Source: Flectonema sp. DT1601 (lineage: Eukaryota). From it: 64,000 nt of DNA. The notes below the pieces were generated by a model that was given only the letters and a program-made list of their open reading frames with translations, was not told where the DNA came from and searched no databases. Of this stretch, positions 1 to 10,983 are shown one piece after another; position 1 is the first letter of the stretch; every line of letters starts with the position of its first letter. The stretch spans positions 1,364,001-1,428,000 of the forward strand of contig OZ025787.1 in the NCBI GenBank assembly GCA_964019425.1, in the 5' to 3' direction. The translations under genes and the position numbers were made by a program.

Positions 1-162
1 GACAAGAACGACATCAAACTCCACCCTGACGATGAGAATACGAAAACTGAGTCTGAGACCATCATAAAAACTGATAAACCAAACGCAGTTGGAGAAGCAG
101 TTGTGATCAGATCTAGTTCGTGTATTCCACCACCACCACCTCCAATGAGAACTAAAAAGTAA
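1..162 (+). CDS. 3' end of an upstream gene (partial), unknown product
   Basis: Frame 1 is open from the window start (DKNDIKLHPDDE...CIPPPPPPMRTKK) to TAA at 160-162; composition is coding-like and AT-rich spacer follows. Confidence 0.6.
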   Translation, partial: DKNDIKLHPDDENTKTESETIIKTDKPNAVGEAVVIRSSSCIPPPPPPMRTKK

Positions 163-440
163 TTTCAAACTGAGTGGTTGGTTGAAACTATTAAGTGGAA
201 TATATTCACCCTCAGTAATCTTTATCGATTGTTTTGCTGCATATCAGCAAACACACAGCATTTCGTTATCGCCAAACACTTGGCTTATTTTCTGTTTTGT
301 TTTTTTTCCCGTAAAAGTCTTCTTGGGCTTGTACGGTTTATAGCCAATCCCTGCTGAAAGGATAAATTATCATTGGTTGGTTTCGTTTCTTTTTTTTTTA
401 TTTTTATATAAAAAATTATAATTTCAGTTACATTATCAAC

Positions 441-3400
441 ATGAATATCAGGGTCCCCGTTGTACTTCTATCGCTCTTGTCTTCGGTGTGTGGACAGATA
501 TTGCCAGTAAGGACCATCGTTGCTATAGGGGGATTGGCCTTTAACCCCGTTGGTAATTTCGAGGAACCCTGCGATCCGCCTAATTATGTAAATGTAACCG
601 ATGAAATATGTGTAAGTGGATACCCAACAGCAGCACATTATTTTGAAGCCTTGGCCAAACCAACAGATGTCGCAGGGGTTGTTCGAGTCATGGGTACCGA
701 TGAACTCTCAAAAATAACATTATACCATCCTCGTCACTGGGAATTGAACTTAGACGTTTGGAAAAGATTAGATATTGATTTCGGGGTGCTGAGATCTCCC
801 GGAATGTTCACACAACCTGTTTACTACGATGACGCTTTGAGGTTTTTAAATAACAAACACCTACCGGTGGTGGCATCGAACATAGACTTACAACCTTATT
901 ATTATGTTTTTGATTTGGTTGATAAAATATTCATCAAAGACGTTGGAGGTACGAAATTCGGTTATATAGCAATATGGGGAGACCTGTTGTACATAAAAAC
1001 ATACACATACGACTTAGTACTACCCAGCATCGCAGAAAGACTCCGTTCACTAGGTGCGGAAGTAGTTATATTACTCTGTATCGGACAAGCAAAATATTTC
1101 ACAACCCCAACAACATTAGTGAGATTCAATATAGATGCGGTGTTATTGCCTGCTGAGTATACTGATGTTACAACACCAGTCGTATCAAATGGAACGACTT
1201 TGTTAGTTGGAACCTTAGAAAGAGGTGCTTCACATGCTTTACAATACATTGATGCAGTGAAAGCATTTGATTCCCTACTTGGTCGTATGACGTGGAGGTT
1301 TACTTCAACAAATATTAATATGGCAACACCTCTTACTCCTGCTCAGAAAGAACCATTAATTCAAAAAGGAGAATATGATTGGATTCAAACACAACGTGAT
1401 CTGTCACTCGCAAATGATCCTGTCGTTGGTCAGTGTACTCATGATCTACAAGCTGTTAACGATGAAAGTGAAGTTTATTGTCGTTACCAAGAATGTGTTG
1501 GAGGTAACATGGTTGCTGATGCTTGCGCTAGGAGACTTCCAACAGTTGATGTTTGTTTTCCAAATGCAGGAGCACTTCGTCGTGGATGGGATGCAGGCCC
1601 AGTTCACGCCTCTGATGTCACGACGTATGTACAATTTTCTTATTATATCAAACAGATTAGTTAATCATCACCATATTAAAATAAATAAAACAGATTCTTC
1701 CCATACGCAAACACACTCTGCGAACTTAACACAACTGGTGCAGGAATTTGGGAGATATTAGAAGTAGCTGTCGCAAACATTGGAACTGATGGTAATCTCA
1801 ACTCGTCAAACAGAATCTCAGGAGGCTATCTGCAAGTATCTGAAGGATTTAAATATTCTTACAATTGGAGGCTTCCAAGAGGACAACGAATCACATCCAT
1901 CAGTATAAAGGGAAAACCATTAGACCGAAGACGATATTATACCTTGGGTGCGCTTTCTTACTTGTGTTCGGGAGGTGATAGTTTTCCTACACATGTTGCA
2001 GTTCCAAGATCGATAACGTATTTCGAAACAATTAGCGCACACGCAGTCATATCTGAATATCTGAGAACAAATAATCCATACACTCCAAAATTGGAAGAAA
2101 GGATTGTTGTTAACGATTTTGGTGAACCACTTTTGTTAAAGAGACTTCTACCAACTGATTGCAACAGTTCTCAAGTTTTTGTACCGGAGTTCGGATCTTG
2201 TGATGAGTGTCCAGAGGGGTATTTTCATCCGTTGCCTGGATCGGATCCATGTATCCTTGAACCCCTACCACCATCCCCACCTTTAGATAATGCTGTTATT
2301 ATAGTTCCGGCAGTGGTGGTTCCGGTGATGCTCTTGTTAGCGATTTCATTCTGTTTCAAATTACAGAGAGATGGAGCAAAGGCAAAACGAGTTAAGCATG
2401 CTCCAAAAGGAAATGGTGAAATCGCTTTTGTTTTTACTGACATCCAAGCAAGCAGTACCCTTTGGAGTACTGAGCCTACCGCTATGAGTAAAGCATTAGA
2501 AACTCATCACAGGCTCATAAGAGAATTAATCGATCAGTTTGAAGGTTACGAAGTGAAAACAATCGGTGATGCGTTCATGGTAGCATTCTCAAATCCAATA
2601 AATGCCGTTGCGTTTTCTTGTGAAATGCAACTGGAGTTAGCGAATGCTTCATGGCCTGAGAGGATTATGGATTTAGACCCAGCCAAGACTGAACCACACT
2701 ACTCTGGTCTTAGAGTTCGAGTTGGTGTACATTGTGGTCCAGCAAAAGTCAACAGCACTCCTCAAGGTGGATTTGACTACGATGGCGGAACTGTGAACGC
2801 ATCTGCCCGAATTGGTGATTGCGGTTGTGGAGGACAAGTATTGATATCCGATACGGTTTATGATTTAATAGAACCTCATATCGATGTCTTAAATCACAAT
2901 GTCGACGTAAAGTATCTCGGTGAGTACCACCTCCGTGGTATTGCCGAACCTATGGGAATTCTTCAAATAATGCCCGAACCGTTGAACCTCAGAGCATTTG
3001 GTAACTTACGCGGGGTCACACCCATTTCGGAAGAAGAAGCAGTAGAAACACCAGCAGACGTATGTGTTGTACCACCTGATACTGGAACAGTACTTTCTGA
3101 AAAGTCAGAAGCATTAGGTTATACTAAACGAGATAGAATTGTTGCTCTTCAAACAATTAGAAAATATGCTCTCTCATTTGGACCGAGAGGAATGCCGTTT
3201 CCGACTGCGACATCGTTGCTGTGCCACTGCTTAGAAACGAGATCTCTTAAGGATTCTAAGTTGATTTCAATTTTACTTCTTCACGCCCAAGACGGTGCAC
3301 GACCACCGCCATTATCAAATGTACCTGGAAGAGGTAATGAATACGTTGTACATATTGCTAGTCCTTCACCACCGGGAGGACAAAAGCGACCTCAATTATC

Positions 3401-3773
3401 AAAAGGGATATCAAACAATAGAATGAGTACTAGTTTTAGAAGCCCTAAAGGTTTAGTTGATTCAGGACTTGACTTTGCTTCTCCTGAAACTCATCAGACA
3501 GATTCACCAACTGACCTTACCTTGTATTTGAGATGGGCAGTCTTTGTTGAAGTTTTACATCAGCTTCCAACTGCTTGCATATGTCAGTTGGCTAATAAAA
3601 TAAGAGAAGAGAATGGAAATATCTCTCCTGGCGTTTCAATGGATCACGATCCGTCACCCATTTCTCCGACCTCTGGGATAGTCGCACTGCTACCTTCACA
3701 TGAATTAACAAGTGGAGGGTTTGCTGTACCTCCACATCCACCACCAAATCCTCCAAAAAAATTATCTGCTTAA
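441..3773 (+). CDS. Receptor-type adenylate cyclase with a 5'-nucleotidase-like ectodomain; join(441..1624,1694..3773), ~1087 aa
   Basis: Signal peptide. Metallophosphoesterase-like segments LPVVASNID, KDVGGTKFGYIAI, LRSLGAEVVILL. 5'-nucleotidase C-domain motifs CRYQECVGGNMVADA, NAGALR, FFPYANTL (restored by removing GTATGT..AAACAG intron 1625-1693), GGYLQVSEG, GGDSF. Cys-rich CDECPEGYF, one TM helix, and class III cyclase motifs FTDIQASSTLW, YEVKTIGDAFM, DYDGGTVNASAR. Confidence 0.88.
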
Positions 3774-3974
3774 TAGTTTGTCGATCTGTGTGTTATCGTA
3801 CATCTTGTAGGGCTTTCTGTGTGCTTTATTGATTGCATGTATTAGAACCCAATATCACTGTAGTAAAAAAAGCAGAGTTAATTGCGACTTATTTCTCAGA
3901 GTATTTTCTGCGTCTACTTCGTGAAATTATTTTTTTAAAAACTGGCCACACCCCCCTCCTTTTCGTTCTAATTT

Positions 3975-4311
3975 GTTGCGTGTTAACCTTGATTTATTTA
4001 TCCAAGTCCCCCCTCCTTTTCGTATCGTATCAAAGGTCCCCCCTCCTCGCTCATTATATAAAAAGTCTTACGCCGTTTTTGTTTCTTTATCGAAAGAAAG
4101 TACATTCCTGTACCAAAAAAGTTACATTGAGATACTATGAGGTCAATTTCTGTGAGAGCTCTGCAGTTCAAGCATAGAATGTAGGAGTGACACAGGAGTG
4201 ATGAGTTTATTTCGATAAGCCTCACCACTCTGGACTTTGCCAATTAATGTATTTTACTCAAAACCCGTCGATGCGCACCACCCCCAGCATTACTTGTTGG
4301 ATAGGATTAGT
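3975..4311. repeat. Degenerate dispersed repeat family A, copy 1
   Basis: Colinear blocks GTTGCGTGTTAAC.TTGA.TTATTTATCCAAGTCC, CTGTGAGA, CTGGACTTTGC.AA.TAAT and CCCCAG...AGGA.TAGT are shared with 47991-48342. Confidence 0.7.
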
Positions 4312-5832
4312 GTGCTTACGAACTAGTATTATAAGCTACCTCATGTTTTTTTTTAAAGAAAATTATTTATTTTATTGACAAGTAATTAATAGGTTAAACC
4401 TACACTCTGCTGTATCACATTATACTCACGACTTATTAAGTAAATTGAATAACTCGATTCCGTATTGCACTGAATGACGATTATAATGTAAAGTCTTGTA
4501 CGTCACCTGACAGAGTGGTTGCCTATACTAATATTACCTTTAGCCACTGTATCATAACTAGCGTTTTATTTTAGTTAAATTCTGATGCAATGCAGATGTT
4601 TATTTCTTCATAAAAAAATTCGAGCATTTCAACGCCCCCGTATCGTATTAACTCCACTCTTTATTTTTTCCCCTTGTTCATTCGGTATTCTATATTAATG
4701 TTGTTCTGGTTTCTTAGTTATGCTTTATGGTCACTTCGTATTTTTTTTTTTTTTTTTTAAAGTGAAAGAGAGAAAAAAAAAAAAAAAAAGTAATTGTTTT
4801 TGGAAACGCATAAATCCCTTTTTTTTTAGCTTTTCAAGGTGGCAACAGATTTGTAGTATTTCTGTTTTTGAGAATCAAAAAAAAAAAAAGCCAAAAAATT
4901 ATTGTTTTTGTTAAGTTAATACTTTTTTTTAAAAAAAAAATTTGTCTCCCCGTTTTTTATGTAATTAGTTTTTTTTTTTTTTAATTTTTTTTTGTTGTTG
5001 CATTTTCGCTGTGCCTTCCTGTACCCTTACAACACTGATACAGCGCTTCTTTGCAATTAAAAGAAGTTATGTAGCAAACATGATGTCGTTTTTTGGTGGC
5101 CATTTAGCGAACGTGGGCAATTGGATTGGTGACTCTAACAAAAGTGTGCATCCCATACAGAACTTTTGCCCTGCGTTTACGGGACTGAGCAAGCTCTACA
5201 ATTGTTTTGTGATTGATGTTGTTCCCCTTCTGATGTTTTTAGGGGGGGATTTGAAGTGCTTTTTCAAGTGAATTTCACACAACGATCCGACTGATAATTC
5301 TTTTTTAATTTTTTATTTTTTTATCTCATTAGGCGACGTAATCTGCGAGTCCTTCGAATTGCTATCAACCAGAAAATAGAAAGTTGAGGGAAATACTGCT
5401 GTATTTTCCCACTACCCGAAAATATTGATTGATGAATTATGAAGGGTTGTGTTCAGATCTGCGGGTGGCGCATAGCAGGAATCTTAAAGTTTTTTTCCTC
5501 CCCAGCTTGATAATACAGTATTTATTCCCATTCCTTTTCTTTGATTAACAATTACAAATGTTTCGGTCAAGGTACTTTTATTTGGTATTAATTTTGTTTT
5601 TTTAATACCCCTAAAGTTTATTACTGTTTTTTTTATATTGTCAAAGGATTACCCCTTCCTTTCTTTTTTTTCTTTTTTACTTGCGACTATATAAAAAAAA
5701 AAAGAGTTTGGCAACATACTTTCGTTTTAAGTCAGTTCGCGGTTTTCGTGTTCTGTCAAACATTATTTCACGGAGGGAAAATAATCTGTGGTTTAAGTTA
5801 GGGTCGTTTTTTTTTTTTCATCTCGAAGACAT

Positions 5833-5955
5833 GTTTTACGAGCGAAAGAGAATTGTGGCAGCGTAACGTTAACACCCTTACTTTATAGGCTTGTTTCCGG
5901 TTGCGCACAAACAAAAACAGAGTGTGAGAATTATTTAGTGAGGTGCCGATTCTTT
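5833..5955. repeat. Dispersed repeat family B, copy 1
   Basis: GTTTTACGAGCGAAA..GAGAATTGTGGCAGC.TAACGTTAACAC...TTACTTTAT.GGCTTGTTTCCGGTTGCGCA...GCCGATTCTTTT is shared with 57885-57980. Confidence 0.85.
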
Positions 5956-7955
5956 TTTCTTTCTTTTTTTTCTAAACAATTTAACAATTTTCTTTTTACT
6001 TGTCTTTCCTTGTTTTTTTTTTTTTTTAATCACAAAGCTTCTTGCACACCAAAAAACCATTTCACACACACTCCGATATTGCTGCAGATAGTTGTCTTAT
6101 CTCCAGTCGTTCATCGTGTATCATAGATTGCAAGCTACAATATGAGTGCCTATCTACAGTGTACTACTACTTGTCATGTTTTTCATTTGTGTTTCCTTTT
6201 GATGATTTTTTTTTTCTCGAAATTCGGTAATTATATCTTCGCATATGTTGTGTTTGGTTGAAGTGGAATGGATTTTCAAAAAAAAAAAAAAAAAAAAAGA
6301 AGGACTGTAATGGAAGAAAAAAAAGGACCGGAAATTTAACTTTTACACAACAGTTTTTGGTTTCCCCAACACCGTTGTCGTTGTGCAAACTAGAAAAAAA
6401 AAAAAAAAAAAAGTGCTTTAGTTGCGCCATACTCACGGATTTCAAGTTGTTAAAGAAAGCGATTAAATGAGGAATTTTTATTTATTTATATCCCAATCTT
6501 TCTTATTTCATTCAAAAAACAATAAAAAAAAAAAAAAAACCAAAAATAGCAAACAAATCTAACGATAAGTAGATTGTGTAGTGTGACTCTCTCTTTTGAG
6601 TAGTAACGCGTATCGATGCAAACCTGAGGAATTACATAATGAATAGACCAGCAATAACTGACATTATATGGAGACTTGCTGGGTCTTTTTTCTTGTTTCT
6701 TTGCACAGCAGAGGCCTCATTCCCTCTATAACTATAATTGCGATGGTGGGTTTGATAGAGACGGGTTTAGTTTTGTCGTGTATGATATCTATTGTCCTGT
6801 AACGTTGTATCGTTGTATGGACTTCTGCTTGCTTCGACGACAAGCAGCTTTTTTAAACTATTTATAATTCTTATTACAATTTCTTCTCTTTTTTTTGTTT
6901 GTTTTTGTTTTTTGTTTTATAAATATATTATAACGATAGTTGTCTGTCTATTTTCCCCCGTGCGGAACAGTTTTTTCTGTCTGCGATTTTTTTTTTTTTT
7001 TTTTCCTCTTTTTTTCCTCTTTTTTTTTTTTTTTTTTGAAAAAATTTCACTGACGCTATGAGCCCAGAAGAGCATTTTATTGTTTTGCAGCAATGTAGAC
7101 CTCCCAGGAATCTCCTTTCCCTATTTTCACGTTGCCTGAAGCGGTTGACTTTATCTGTAAGCTAATACAGCACTACTGTCGCTGAAGGAATTCTCTTTCC
7201 CAGCTTCCTTACTTGAATAGGTAAAAAAATATGTTGTCAAAAAAAAAAAAAAAATTAATAGAGTTTTTTTTTTTTTATATTTATTTTTTAAAAACCCCTC
7301 ATCCTGAAGCTTAATAAACAATAATCCTTACTGTGTCTGCGCGAGAGAAAAAACTCAATCAAAATTTTTTTTTTTGGTTTCAATTTTATCATTCTGAATA
7401 GCGTCTCATAACGCCGATGGTGTCGGGTGGAACCAACTTCCTGACACTGCGTAATGTTCTCCAACCTTTTTTTCTCTTCAAGCAATCAAGTTACATCCCA
7501 TAGGGGTTTTCGGCTTGACAGTAGAGGGAAAAAAACTGTTTGCTAGTGGTAGGGTTGACTTCTGGCATAGTTTTTCGTTGAACGCAGGACAGAATCATAT
7601 TGCAAGCGGGAGTTACGATTAAGAAATATCGGCTTTCTATCTCTGATTATCTGACCTACGTCGGCACAAAAAACAAAAAAAAACCAGTATTTTTTTTTTT
7701 TTTTTTTTTTTTTTTTGGATTTGGCAGAAGCCTTATAGTATGAGTTCTGTTGGTGCGAAGTTAACAACATAAAAAGAACTCAATGCACGCGCGATATTTC
7801 GCTGAGGGAGAACTCACTCATGAGGTTGCGGTATCTTCTGCAGTTTAGGGAATCTGGTGGATTTAACTTATATTATCCAGCTTGCATTATTATTTTAACT
7901 TGAAAGGAACTCGTCCCACGTTCTATGTTAATACTCTTTCGTTACCTTTTATTCT

Positions 7956-7985
7956 TGCGATCAACAAAATATAAGGTTTATCCGA
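7956..7985. repeat. Short dispersed repeat D (second copy at 50371-50402)
   Basis: TGCGATCAACAAAATATAAGG(C)TTTATC.GAA occurs at both sites. Confidence 0.7.
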
Positions 7986-8721
7986 AAAACCAATTTTTTT
8001 TTTGTGTTTTGATTACCTACTTAGTAATTCCATGGTAGTTGTGCGGTCGTAAAAAAAATATAGGCGTTTTTTTTGGGCTCTTTTTTTTCTTTTAATAGTA
8101 TCCTTATTCATATAAAAGAGCCCAAATGACCCAATGCAGTTCATCAAATGAACAGGATGGGAACAATGCTTTAGTGAGACTATTTTGACCATGCGAGCCC
8201 GTAATCAGCCTGTATGTCTTTTCAATTTCACCCGTTTTTGAAACAGCCCAAATACAGGCTGATCTGTAGGCGCTACAGCCATGTAATTTTTTTTTTTTTT
8301 TGTATTTTTTTATTTTTATAAAAAAAGTCAGTAATTATATTTTTTACAGGTATTAAACTATTTCTATTTCTTTTTTTTTGTTTTTTTTTTTGTCTTTCGG
8401 CTTAAGGGACAACAACACGTAGGAATTCGAATTGTGTTCCCAAACAGCACCCATAAAGGGCACCGATATGCTTAATCTGGTGCTCCTCTCTCTCTCTCTT
8501 TCTCTCTTTTCAGAGTTTTGTTCCGTGTTTTTTAGTTGGTTTTTCTTTTTTTGAATTTCATGTTATGAAGAGAAGGCTTTGTTGGTTTTTTATTATTTAT
8601 TTGTATAGTCTTACTCATGCTATTTTCTACTTTTAAACTGACAGGTATCACTCACTGATTATTCTCTGACCTGTCTTGGTGTTGATATTATTTCTTTCAC
8701 ACAAGGTCCTCATCATACGGC

Positions 8722-10708
8722 ATGGCACGTCACTTAAAAAGAGTTGACAAAGGCCGATCGTTGGCTGCTAGACTTAGCAATACGTTGAACACAAATTTAT
8801 CTGATTTGGGACTAAATTCAGATGAGGATGATGATGACTCCGACTGTGTGAATCCAGCGTTAAATTACATGCCTGCTAAAAAGAAGAAGAAGAAAAGTGC
8901 GACAAGTTCTCCAACGAACCCACCACCGACGGAAGACTCTCTAGAGGCAGAACCAACAGATACATATAAAGTGAAGAAAAAGAAGAAGAAAAAAAATAAA
9001 AATACGCTGAAAAAACGAGCATCGCCAACCAATACTTATGATGTGCCATCAGACACAGAAGACTGTGAAAGCAGCAAACAAGAAGAAGAAGAAGAAGACG
9101 TAGATAAAATTGTAAGAGATTATAAAGAAAAACAAACAAACAACACTATAAGCAATCCCACCACTTCATCAGTATCCGCTGTAGAATCAGTGCAGGATGA
9201 CTTGTCCAGTTTGTTTAAAACCTCTGCTGCTGCGCTTGACGCAGACGCAGAATTGAGGAAGCTATTCGGTAATGATACAGGTGTTGCAAACACTTCTCGG
9301 AATACGAGAAATAAAAAAAGCTTGTTAGTGACGCCAGATGACACCTGGCCACCAATCTCTGCTATTTCTGGATTCAAAATACATTCTTTTATAAGAAAGT
9401 CAGACATCACTGAATACTACATCAAAGATTCTGGTGACGTATTAAAAATATCAAAGTCAGTCCGATCAGCCTTAGCTAGTGATGACTCGAATCGATTATT
9501 TAATATATTTCAAGAAAACTATTGGCATCTAAGAGCAGGTTACCAAGCAGCTGTAATGATGGCACTCACTGATAGGTCTGATCAAGCAACAGACATATTC
9601 AGACGTCTTAGTCATGCCATAGCAATTCATTTCAGGGGTACTCTAAGTCTCCTAGATCCGTTCACTATTAGAGTGATGCCATACAGAGAGGGTGAGAGTG
9701 ATGTTATTTTCTTAATACTTCAGCAACTTATGCATGCTCATGTTAGAACTGGTTGTCTTGGAGCGGCATTCGAACTATCAAAGGTTTGTTGATATTGTTA
9801 TCAAAAAAAAAGGGATGATTTCATTTAAAACAACAACACAGGTAATCTTTAACCTTGACGGAGACATAGATCCCGTTGGTATGATCTACAACATAGAGTA
9901 CCTGGCAATTCGATCACAACATACCAGTTGGCTTCTAAACGCTGCGAACTGTTTTCGAAAAGATGGTCACACCATAGCACTACTCCCAATATGCAGTTTT
10001 GGAATGGGATTATGTGGGGGAATAGATCGTCTAAATCACGTCATTAGAGGGGTTCGAACTTGGCCAGAATTAGCAAACCTTTTAGTGAAGGCTGACGACT
10101 ACGGAATACGATCAGTTCAACTAGATCACGATATTATATACCCAGCTGAGGGATCGTCATCCGATGTAATTATTAAAGTTTACGTTTCAAGAATGAATGA
10201 TATTTGGGGGCAATATGCAAACCAACAACTTCTACTACAAGCGATTAAGTCCGTCAATGAGGATGTTAAAACTGAAGAACTCGTAGAAAACATCAATGAA
10301 CGTATAACACTACTAGGATCCCATCATTGTTTTTTAAAACCGAACGCCGTAATTGGAGTTGTGGATGAAATTATGGCTGGAGTTCGTAGTGAAGCAGATC
10401 GTCGTCGACTTCAATCGATGTGGACACCTGAAATGAATCTGCTGCCAGATCCTGTTCGTGAATCTCTTTTGGATACTCTCACAGGATCAGACTTTTCTTT
10501 ATTGAGAACTATGAATCCCGTATTGCTGTTTCTGTCTTTGCTCTGTCCTTGGAATTCAGTTCCTCGTTATTTAATGAAAACACTTCTGAAGAGATGGCGT
10601 GAAGACAATCACACAGAAGCCAGAGAATGGGACAGAGAAATTGAACTCCACAGACGGATTGGTCAAATCCAACGAGATCGACAACAACAATTAGATGCTG
10701 GACAATAA
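8722..10708 (+). CDS. TCF25: TCF25/Rqc1 ribosome quality control protein homolog; join(8722..9783,9842..10708), ~642 aa
   Basis: Lys/acidic low-complexity N-terminus and LLVTPDDTWPP. The spliced junction gives GCLGAAFELSK|VIFNLDGDIDPVGMIYNIEYLAIRS, matching the TCF25 GC..TA.E..K.ILSL.P..DP......ID..A.R pattern. Intron 9784-9841 is GTTTGT..ACACAG. Confidence 0.82.
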
Positions 10709-10983
10709 CTGTTTGTATTCTCAGACAACGTGGTCGTGCTTGTTTCTTCAAGTTACGCGCCCTCCAGGCAGTCAATTGTCTCAAAACTATCCCACAGGAC
10801 TGCTGCCGTTCTTAACCTGTTACGTCCTTTTACTATTTATTATAATTTTTGTAGCAGGAGAGTACCTTCAGAAATGAGTTGACATTGTAGCTCCCTATAA
10901 AGATACGATTAGACAAGATGAACTCTATCAGGGACAATAGTTATTTAGTTACTCTTTACTTTACTTCAGAAAACAAATACAAA

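Noticed and set aside
4720..7770. Short Phe/Lys-rich ORFs in intergenic DNA (also 12714-12968, 33085-35348, 47992-51554)
   Set aside because: They are translations of poly-T/poly-A runs, often with TTG/GTG starts and no protein-like composition.
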